From the NCBI GenBank assembly GCA_964649235.1, contig CAZYOZ010000003.1:3670-60788 (forward strand): a DNA stretch of 57,119 nt, given 5' to 3'. This DNA is from an uncultured Candidatus Bathyarchaeia archaeon. GTDB taxonomy: Archaea > Thermoproteota > Bathyarchaeia > 40CM-2-53-6. Positions 48,460 through 55,609 of this stretch are shown piece after piece. Below the pieces are notes generated by a model. That model saw nothing but the letters and a program-made list of their open reading frames with translations, had not been told where the DNA came from and did not search any database. The translations under genes were made by a program, and so were the position numbers. Numbering within the stretch: position 1 is the stretch's first letter; each line of letters begins with the position of its first letter.

Positions 48460-49248
48460 TCAGCCCAGAATCTTGGCAGCGTCTTGTGCGCTCTTTCCCT
48501 GGTGGACGATTGCGGCCAGCGCCTTAGTCATTGACTCCGGATCTTTGTGCTGGAACACGTTTCGGCCGAAAGATAGGCCAGCTGCTCCCGCCTTCACCGA
48601 GTTCTCTGCAAGCTCCAGAACATCCAAGTCAGTCTTCATCTTCGGTCCTCCGGCAACCACGACCGGGACGGGGCAACCTCGCACTACTTGGCGGAAGGTC
48701 TCGAGGTCTCCTGTGTAGTTGGTTTTGACGATGTCGGCTCCGAGCTCAGCTCCGATTCTGGCGGCGTGAGATACAACTTCGAGTTCATGTTCGCTCTTTA
48801 TGCTGGGACCGCGCGGGTACATCATGGCAAGGAGAGGCATTCCGTAGGAGTCACATTCTTCAGAAAGTGCGCCGAGGAATTGGAGCATTTGGTCCTCTTC
48901 TTGAGCTCCGATGTTGATGTGAGCTGAGACAGCGTCAGCACCGAGCTTGATTCCCTCTTCAACGGTGCAGACGCCGACTTTCAGGTTTGGCTTTGCCCCA
49001 AGCTTTGTGGATGCTGACACGTGAACGATTAGCCCGGCGTTCTGACAGTCGATGTGCCTGGCGATGCCCTTGTGGACCAGAACAGCATCTGCGCCGCCAC
49101 TCACAACGCGTTTGACGGTGCTCTGCATGTCCTCAAGGCCCTGAACCGGCCCTATTGAGACGCCGTGGTCCATTGCGATAATGAAAGTCTTCGAATCGCT
49201 CCTGATGATTCTTCTGAGTCGTCTAGTCTTCCCAGTTTCCAAAATCAA
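48460..49248 (-). CDS. aroA': 2-amino-3,7-dideoxy-D-threo-hept-6-ulosonate synthase (AroA', class I aldolase family)
   Basis: MDHGVSIGP..GL, AMMYPRG, ELGADIVKTNY, AGGPK, GRNVFQ; adjacent to aroB'. Confidence 0.9.
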   Translation of the reverse strand: MILETGKTRRLRRIIRSDSKTFIIAMDHGVSIGPVQGLEDMQSTVKRVVSGGADAVLVHKGIARHIDCQNAGLIVHVSASTKLGAKPNLKVGVCTVEEGIKLGADAVSAHINIGAQEEDQMLQFLGALSEECDSYGMPLLAMMYPRGPSIKSEHELEVVSHAARIGAELGADIVKTNYTGDLETFRQVVRGCPVPVVVAGGPKMKTDLDVLELAENSVKAGAAGLSFGRNVFQHKDPESMTKALAAIVHQGKSAQDAAKILG

Positions 49249-49254
49249 TCACCG

Positions 49255-50286
49255 TCACAAGTACCCTTCCGCTTTCATCGACTCCGCGATAAGGATAGCA
49301 CATCCGGCTGCCCCGCGTACTGTGTTATGCCCGAGAGCTAGGAACTTCACGCCGTCGAAGACAGGATCGCGTCGTACCCGGCCCACGACAACAGACATTC
49401 CTCCGCCCTCGTTCCGGTCAAAACGAGGTTGAGGCCGGTCCTGTTCTGCTCTGACGACTACGGGTCGTTCGGGGGCCGAAGGCAATTTGAGTTTCTGAGG
49501 TTCCGCAACGAAGTTGGCCATGCATCCGGCGACCTCTTCGGGCGTTGCTGGTTTCTCGGTCTGGACGAAGATTGCTTCCGAGTGACCGTCTATCACTGGG
49601 ACGCGGTGGCAGCTCGCGGATACCTTGAAACCTGCTGGGGTTCCGGCCGTACCAAGAATTTTCTTGGTTTCACGTTCGACCTTCTCCTCTTCGTCCTTGA
49701 TGAACGGAATGATGTTGTCGATGATATCGAGGGACGCGACGCCAGGGTATCCAGCTCCTGAAGCTGCCTGCATCGATGACATAATGACATTCTTGACCCC
49801 GAAGCCATCGCAGAGTGGTTTCAGTGATAATGTGAGAACGGCGGTTGTACAGTTTGGGTCGGTAACTAGGGCTCCGTCCCATTTCCGTTTTCTCCGTTGC
49901 ACATCAATCAATGACAGATGCTCGAAGTTCGCCTCGGGATTCATGAGCGGGACGTCTGCCTCCATCCTGTGTGCTGAGGCATTGCTGACAACAGCGTAGC
50001 CTGCGCTTGCGAATTCCTCTTCTATTCGAAGTGCCTGTTCGGCGGGCAACGCGGAGAAAACCACGTCAGCATCTAGCTCCTTTGGAGCTGATGGGCGGAC
50101 CGTCAATTGAGCGAGTTTGCTTTTCAAGGGAGTCTCCATGCGCCAGCTGACAGCCTTACCATACTCCATGCCGGCACTTCTCTCGGAGCCCGTGATGGCT
50201 GAGATCTCAAACCATGGATGGTCGTTCAGCATCTGGACGAAGCGCTGGCCGACCAGCCCCGTTGCACCTAGAATAGCTGCTTTCAT
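49255..50286 (-). CDS. asd: Aspartate-semialdehyde dehydrogenase
   Basis: LGATGLVGQ, SNASAHRM, PNCTT, QAASGAG, RVPVIDGH, HNTVRGAAG. Confidence 0.97.
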   Translation of the reverse strand: MKAAILGATGLVGQRFVQMLNDHPWFEISAITGSERSAGMEYGKAVSWRMETPLKSKLAQLTVRPSAPKELDADVVFSALPAEQALRIEEEFASAGYAVVSNASAHRMEADVPLMNPEANFEHLSLIDVQRRKRKWDGALVTDPNCTTAVLTLSLKPLCDGFGVKNVIMSSMQAASGAGYPGVASLDIIDNIIPFIKDEEEKVERETKKILGTAGTPAGFKVSASCHRVPVIDGHSEAIFVQTEKPATPEEVAGCMANFVAEPQKLKLPSAPERPVVVRAEQDRPQPRFDRNEGGGMSVVVGRVRRDPVFDGVKFLALGHNTVRGAAGCAILIAESMKAEGYL

Positions 50287-50287
50287 C

Positions 50288-51655
50288 TCACAGCCCTTCT
50301 CTCACGGCTTGTTTGATCAGGTCAGCGGCCTGTTCCTTCTCGTCCCATGAAACGAAGACGAGAATACTCGAAGCCAGGGTTAGCATGCCATAGATGTTGA
50401 TCTCACTCTCCCTCAGCCGGTCCGAGATTCTCCCGATAATCCCAGGGGTGTCCTCGAGCCCGACACCTTTCACCTTTAGGAAAGCCAAGTTGGGCTGCAC
50501 GGCCATAGCAAGCGCCTCACCAAAGTTCCTAATGGTGGCATGAATGGATGACAGAACTGAGTTCGAAGCACCTTGGGGCATGTAGAAGATAACGGAATCA
50601 AAATTCGCCGATAGCCCCTGTAGTATAGAATGATTCCTGATCTCTGTGACCAAGCCCGCCAAGATTGCGGGATTTTCGGAGATACCTTTGCCTGCTACGG
50701 TAACAGCCATCGACGGAGTGCTGCCTTCGAAGGTGACCTCCAGCTCGCTGGAAATTCCACCGGTTATGATTGTTCCGTCGGCTTCTAAATCGTCCTTCTG
50801 ATTGCTAATTACTCTGACAGGGATGTTAGCGTCTTTGTATCTCAAGGCCTTCCTATGAATGAACTTCGTCCCCGAATCCGCAAGCCCGATCAGAGTCCTC
50901 ACATCGATCCTGTCGAGTTTTCTCGCATTCGGAACATATCGAGGATCAGCTGTCAGGATTCCTTCAGCATCACTTACAAGAACAACCTCATCCGCGCCAA
51001 TGGCCTTGGCGATGATAAACGCCGTGGTGTCGCTTCCTCCTCGCCCGATTGTGGTGACCTTGCTGTCAGCGGATTTCCCAACAAACCCTGCAATTACGGG
51101 GACCGTCCCCCAATCCAAGAGCGGAACAACATGCTCCTGAACTTTCCGAACGCACAATTCCATGATCGGGTTCGCGTTCGAGAACTGCCCGTCTGTGATG
51201 ATCGGCCACTCTTTATCGGACGGGTCAAAGTATTTCACGTCAAGCCCTGCGGATTTCAAGGCGGCGGCAAAAACCCTGACGCTCGTTCTTTCCCCCATCG
51301 CCAGTACATCGTCAAGGTCCGTTTTGTCAAGACCTCTTCCGGCAGTGTTGTTCACCAGGCCGAGCAGTTGGTCTGTCATCTTTCCCATTGCGGATACGAC
51401 GACGACAAGCTTCGTGCCTCTCGCGTTCTCTTTCGCTATCAGCTGTGTTGCTTTAGCGATACGATCTTTGTCGGCGAGGCTGGATCCGCCGAACTTGACA
51501 ACTAACCTGCGGTGCCTATGCCCCGATGCAGTGCACGGTGCTGGCTTGGAAGTAGTCTGGATTGTTGTGGTCGCAGAAATGTCAGTTGATGGCTTCTGGG
51601 GTGTGGACGATCCACCAGTGATCACCGTAAACGTGACCACCGAAAACTTTACCAC
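50288..51655 (-). CDS. lysC: Aspartate kinase with Thr/Ser-rich N-terminal extension
   Basis: VVKFGGSS, VVSAMG, GER, GRGGSDTTA, C-terminal ACT domains; no in-frame ATG before the catalytic core, only GTGs at 51655/51640/51625. Confidence 0.93.
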   Translation of the reverse strand: MVKFSVVTFTVITGGSSTPQKPSTDISATTTIQTTSKPAPCTASGHRHRRLVVKFGGSSLADKDRIAKATQLIAKENARGTKLVVVVSAMGKMTDQLLGLVNNTAGRGLDKTDLDDVLAMGERTSVRVFAAALKSAGLDVKYFDPSDKEWPIITDGQFSNANPIMELCVRKVQEHVVPLLDWGTVPVIAGFVGKSADSKVTTIGRGGSDTTAFIIAKAIGADEVVLVSDAEGILTADPRYVPNARKLDRIDVRTLIGLADSGTKFIHRKALRYKDANIPVRVISNQKDDLEADGTIITGGISSELEVTFEGSTPSMAVTVAGKGISENPAILAGLVTEIRNHSILQGLSANFDSVIFYMPQGASNSVLSSIHATIRNFGEALAMAVQPNLAFLKVKGVGLEDTPGIIGRISDRLRESEINIYGMLTLASSILVFVSWDEKEQAADLIKQAVREGL

Positions 51656-51695
51656 CTGTCTGGCTCACGTGGCACCCCTCAGTAACCCACGGCAT
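51582..51695 (-). promoter_or_regulatory. Putative aromatic amino acid-sensing leader ORF (MPWVTEGCHVSQTGGKVFGGHVYGDHWWIVHTPEAIN*) overlapping the lysC start; alternative start GTG 51668
   Basis: Hand-translated 37-codon ORF ending TGA at 51584-51582; GAGGGGTG SD before GTG 51668; sits at the head of the aro operon. Confidence 0.6.
51612..51656 (-). repeat. Three imperfect 15-nt tandem repeats GGTGGTAAAGTTTTC / GGTGGTCACGTTTAC / GGTGATCACTGGTGG
   Basis: Read directly from the minus strand; encode GGKVF/GGHVY/GDHWW in the leader frame. Confidence 0.8.
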
Positions 51696-51709
51696 CGTAC
51701 TGATGTTGG

Positions 51710-51717
51710 TTAAAAAG
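51710..51717 (-). promoter_or_regulatory. Putative TATA box of the lysC-asd-aro operon
   Basis: CTTTTTAA on the minus strand about 42 nt upstream of leader GTG 51668. Confidence 0.5.
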
Positions 51718-51758
51718 GTTCCCTGACAGGCCAACAGAAAGATGCATCGAATTTCGAC

Positions 51759-52451
51759 TTACATGCCAACGTATAGGCGTTCTGCCAGAAAGCTGGGAAG
51801 ACCTGCTGCAGTAATTTTGCGCGCGGCGGAATCGACATCGTAGCCGGTGCGATGAATTTCGAATGCCATTTTTGGCCCTGAAATGTTCAAGATAGCGAAG
51901 CTCGCACGCGCGTCCCCGTCCCTGGGTTGACCGACACTTCCTGGATTGCCTAACAACTGGCTTTGAAACCAGTAGGCCATGGGCATGTGAGTATGGCCTA
52001 GAAGCACGAGTGGAGCCTTGGCTTGCTTGATCAGCCACTTGGCAATTTGGTCAGGTATTCCCGGAAAAACGTATTCGGATAGTGGATCCCTTGGGCTTCC
52101 GTGGAACAGGGCTAGCGCGAAACCTCCGAGCTCCAACTTTGCCGAAGCTTTTAGCTTTGAAAGATATCGCAAGTTCTCCTCGGTGATCTTGCGCCTCGTC
52201 CACTCCACTGCTTCCGCTGCATGCTCAGAAAAGCCCGACGTGTCACCGGTAACGACTGCATAGTCGTGATTGCCCATCAGCACAGTGGTGGGACAAAGAT
52301 CAAGTAGCTGCTTCACGACTTCGTTTGGTTGCGGTCCGTAGCCTACCACGTCTCCTAGACAAAGGAGAGCGTCATGTGGAGGAAGTTTTTCGATCACAGC
52401 GCGAAAAGCGTCTAGGTTCGAGTGTATGTCTGAGATGACTGCTATTCTCAA
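51759..52451 (-). CDS. Metallophosphoesterase (YfcE/MJ0936 family)
   Basis: SDIHSN, LGDVVGYG, GNHD, HGSP, GHTH, NPGSVGQPRDG. Confidence 0.93.
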   Translation of the reverse strand: MRIAVISDIHSNLDAFRAVIEKLPPHDALLCLGDVVGYGPQPNEVVKQLLDLCPTTVLMGNHDYAVVTGDTSGFSEHAAEAVEWTRRKITEENLRYLSKLKASAKLELGGFALALFHGSPRDPLSEYVFPGIPDQIAKWLIKQAKAPLVLLGHTHMPMAYWFQSQLLGNPGSVGQPRDGDARASFAILNISGPKMAFEIHRTGYDVDSAARKITAAGLPSFLAERLYVGM

Positions 52452-52500
52452 GGTTCGCTTTAGGAGTTGGACTTAGGCTAATGAAGAAACCTTTGCTGCG

Positions 52501-53097
52501 CTAGAGCTCCAAGTCGACCTGTTCGGCATAGGATAGGTCTTCGCCGCAGTAGGGGCATAGCTTGAACTTTCTGTCAACTTGTTTGCCGCATTCTGGGCAT
52601 TCAATCTTCAGGGCATAACCGCAGAAAGGACACATGGAAAAGTCATCGGAAACCCTGTGCCCACACTTCTTGCATTGAAGTTCCCCGTCAGGGCCAGCAT
52701 GAGATGGCCTTTCGGGGGTCTGTATGATAACGGGATATGGTTGCGCGGAATGCGAAGCTGAGGCTCGAATGATGTTTTCACGAATGATCCTGTGCAGCTG
52801 GTAGGCGTCTTTCTTGCTCAGGTTTCCTATGCGTATGTTCTGGATTCCTGACCGCATGAGAATCTCAACGCTGGCTTTGCGCAGGCCTCGGTCGAGTTTG
52901 ATGTTCAGCATGTTTGCGTAAGGGTAGTCGACGAAGCTTTTCTTGAGTCCGAGGCCGCTGGACTTGCATATGATTAGGCGCTGGTCGCTCACGACTATGG
53001 TTTCGTCCGTTTTGAGGGCCCAGATGACTTTCTCATCGTAATTGATTAGGTGGCGCATGTCCTCCGGAAGCAATGCCAAGCGTGGAGCCTCAGCCAC
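52501..53097 (-). CDS. Bacterial-type PH domain + double zinc ribbon protein
   Basis: DEKVIW..IVVSDQRLII.K..GL....VDYPY.N bPH-like pattern; four CxxC pairs at the C-terminus. Confidence 0.75.
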   Translation of the reverse strand: MAEAPRLALLPEDMRHLINYDEKVIWALKTDETIVVSDQRLIICKSSGLGLKKSFVDYPYANMLNIKLDRGLRKASVEILMRSGIQNIRIGNLSKKDAYQLHRIIRENIIRASASHSAQPYPVIIQTPERPSHAGPDGELQCKKCGHRVSDDFSMCPFCGYALKIECPECGKQVDRKFKLCPYCGEDLSYAEQVDLEL

Positions 53098-53263
53098 TGG
53101 AACAGCGTCTCAGCATGCGTGATAAGATGTATTGCGTTGCATCATCAAAAAACTGGAACAACTGGACTCGCAAACAAACCAAGACACAGCAAATTGAACC
53201 GTCAACAGAGAAACGAAGTTAACTTGGCCTCGACCATAGAATAGGTTGTTGATTTCCTTGGAA

Positions 53264-53623
53264 ATGAGCGAAGCCAAACTCGAGATGGACTCCAAGACTT
53301 ACCGCGTGAATTACCTTGAGCTGGAGAATGCGGTTGTTGCCTTCTTCTTTGAGAATAGGGTGAGGCTTGGAACGGTTGCGATAGCCATGCCGGGCATTGC
53401 GGAAACCAGTGTCGGACGCTCATCCGCGCTGGTTGGAGCAAAATACATTATGACGAGTAGGGCTTTGGCGGAAAGGCTGGCAGGGTCCTCTGGCAAAATT
53501 GCCATGGTTTCACTGTTCACTGAGCTGGATGAGATGCAGGCTCTCCGAGTCTACGCGAGACTTCTCGAGAAGATTTCCCTCACGCGTTCTGACAGGAGGA
53601 CTGGCCCAGATACGTCAATATGA
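53264..53623 (+). CDS. Proteasome assembly chaperone 4 (PAC3/PAC4)-like protein
   Basis: LGTVAIAMP..SSALVG..TSRALAERLA...GK.AMVS resembles eukaryotic PSMG4 as recalled from memory. Confidence 0.65.
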   Translation: MSEAKLEMDSKTYRVNYLELENAVVAFFFENRVRLGTVAIAMPGIAETSVGRSSALVGAKYIMTSRALAERLAGSSGKIAMVSLFTELDEMQALRVYARLLEKISLTRSDRRTGPDTSI

Positions 53624-54901
53624 CAAGACGCCGGAGAGCGGAGATTCGCCCAAAACTTGGGCCGCTGCTTCTGCCACGATTTCCCTGTGCTGTTCGGTTG
53701 AGTAGACGCGGATTATGTTCATGAATACTCTGAGTACATCAACGACTTTTGACAGTTCTGTTATCTTCTGCGGAATCTTCTCGCCTGACCGGGTCTTTGA
53801 GAAGATCGGTATGTCGATAGGCCCAATTTCCAGCGCGTAATGGTAGGGCACTGACGGTAGCGATGGCACGTCGATTCCGACGTCAGACGCGGAGATACCC
53901 GCCTTGGCTGCGATTTCCTCCTCAAGCTTCAACCGCACGTTTTCCTTCGTAAAGACACTTGAAACAAGCTCGTCCTTTGCGAAGAACGTTTTCTCGTAGG
54001 CGCATTTGAGGAGTTTTCGCGCGGAAAGTGCGTTGATGATTTCACGCGATGAAGGATTTGTTCGTAGCTTTGCCCAGACCGTGTAGTCGTCCCATTCTAG
54101 GTACTCGTCGGGCGTCTTCACATTCAAGATTTCTAGGTCATCCTTGGCTGCGTCAAGGGCCTTGAGAAGCATCATCTGAACAGCTCTGCAGGCCCGGTGG
54201 AAGTAGATCGCCCTGAAGGACTCCAATCGTGCGAGAATCAGGCTCTCTAGGGTCGGTAGCGCGGTAATGTCGCAAGCCAAGTTTCCATCAAGAATATCCA
54301 TCGTGTAGATGAGCCTGAAGACATCAACGGAACCGTAGCCAGCACCCGTGTGATAGGAATCCCTTACAACGAAATCCATCTTGTCAACGTCGAATGAGCT
54401 ACTGATTATCTGATTCAAGAAGGACTTGTCAGTACTCTTCAGCCTTCCGACCGCAAGCTCACTCATCTCCCCAGGGTCAAATCCCTGGTCGCTGATGGCA
54501 TCAGCCAAGGCTGACTTTGCAACAACCCAGCTTGACATCTCTTCGTGGTTTCGGCCAAGGAATTTCACCAGCAATGGCTCAAAGAGATGCGAGAATGGGG
54601 CGTGACCGACATCGTGTAAGAGAGCTGCAAGGCGAATCTTCTGCTTCTCCTCGAGCGAATGTTGAACAGGCAGATTCTCTGCCACGACGCCAGCGAGATA
54701 CATCGCGCCGAGTACATGCTCAAATCTCGTGTGATTCGCCGCCGGGTAAACATATTCAGCTCCCGCGAGCTGCCTAATTCTTCGAAGCCTCTGAACGGCG
54801 AGGGTGTCGATGATGTTTTTCTCAACTTCAGTCAGTCGGATGTACCCGTAAATGGGATCCTTGATGAAACCCCAAAACTCCTCGTTCCCTTTGGACGACA
54901 T
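53615..54901 (-). CDS. HD-domain phosphohydrolase (COG1078, SAMHD1-like dNTPase family)
   Basis: IKDPIYG, QRLRRIRQL, HTRFEH.LG, LLHDVGHAPFSH, DVDKMDF..RD. Confidence 0.92.
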   Translation of the reverse strand: MSSKGNEEFWGFIKDPIYGYIRLTEVEKNIIDTLAVQRLRRIRQLAGAEYVYPAANHTRFEHVLGAMYLAGVVAENLPVQHSLEEKQKIRLAALLHDVGHAPFSHLFEPLLVKFLGRNHEEMSSWVVAKSALADAISDQGFDPGEMSELAVGRLKSTDKSFLNQIISSSFDVDKMDFVVRDSYHTGAGYGSVDVFRLIYTMDILDGNLACDITALPTLESLILARLESFRAIYFHRACRAVQMMLLKALDAAKDDLEILNVKTPDEYLEWDDYTVWAKLRTNPSSREIINALSARKLLKCAYEKTFFAKDELVSSVFTKENVRLKLEEEIAAKAGISASDVGIDVPSLPSVPYHYALEIGPIDIPIFSKTRSGEKIPQKITELSKVVDVLRVFMNIIRVYSTEQHREIVAEAAAQVLGESPLSGVLSY

Positions 54902-55101
54902 TACGATGTCACTTTGGCGAAGTTGTCTAGCGCATTGACCTTACGAGCTGGAATCATATAATGTTGCGCAGCTCACTTCGAAGATATCCGTGCGGCATTC
55001 TTGGTATCTTTCTTAACCCCGCAGTAATCGGAACCCGCATGCATGCGGGTTATGCTTGAAATCTTCGAACAGTTACAATATCTCGAGGCGGAGGTGAAGA
55101 G

Positions 55102-55554
55102 TTGGTCTACCCCCAAATGCCGCCGCTTTCATCTGCTGAACTTGAATCCTTTCTCAAGCAGGCAACCATCGCGAGATTGTCCACCACAAACGAGGACGGA
55201 ACTATACACACGGTCCCACTCTGGTACAAGTATGAGGATGGAGAAATCTTGCTTGGAACGCAGGATGTAACTCGCAAGGTCAGAAACGTGAAACGGAACA
55301 ACAAGGTCACCGTGCTGATAGACGATCCCGGGCCCCCGCTGAAGGGCGTCGTGGTCTATGGGAAAGCTGAACTTGACTATGAGAACCCGGTTCCCAAGAG
55401 GATTTCCATTTTCGAGAGGTATATGCCAAAAGAGAAGGCCCAGGGTCTGGCTCAGGCACTCTCGGGATTATGGAAACTCGTAATAGTTCGCGTCAAACCG
55501 GAGGAGATCATATCATACGACTACGCTAAGGACCCGACTGGAATGTTCAAGTAG
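55102..55554 (+). CDS. Pyridoxamine 5'-phosphate oxidase-like (split barrel flavin/F420-binding) protein
   Basis: GGAGGTGA SD before TTG; ARLSTTNEDG..H.VPLWY, KVRNVKRN.KV..LID. Confidence 0.85.
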   Translation: MVYPQMPPLSSAELESFLKQATIARLSTTNEDGTIHTVPLWYKYEDGEILLGTQDVTRKVRNVKRNNKVTVLIDDPGPPLKGVVVYGKAELDYENPVPKRISIFERYMPKEKAQGLAQALSGLWKLVIVRVKPEEIISYDYAKDPTGMFK

Positions 55555-55609
55555 CTGCAAATCAGGCTGAACTAGAAGCCGCTTCCCTTCAAGCTAGGTT
55601 AACTTCATC

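Noticed and set aside
51612-51656. 15-nt repeats considered as a mini-CRISPR or transcription factor operator array
   Set aside because: No spacers or cas genes and too short for CRISPR; an operator role is not excluded, but the 5-codon period and F/Y/W endings fit a translated element better
50855-51713. Long plus-strand ORFs (216 and 183 aa) antisense to lysC, and similar antisense ORFs across the window
   Set aside because: Shadow frames of well-supported genes with no protein motifs
53615-54901. SAMHD1-like HD protein as an antiviral dNTPase
   Set aside because: The family is widespread as a housekeeping gene in archaea and the neighbours are not clearly defence genes
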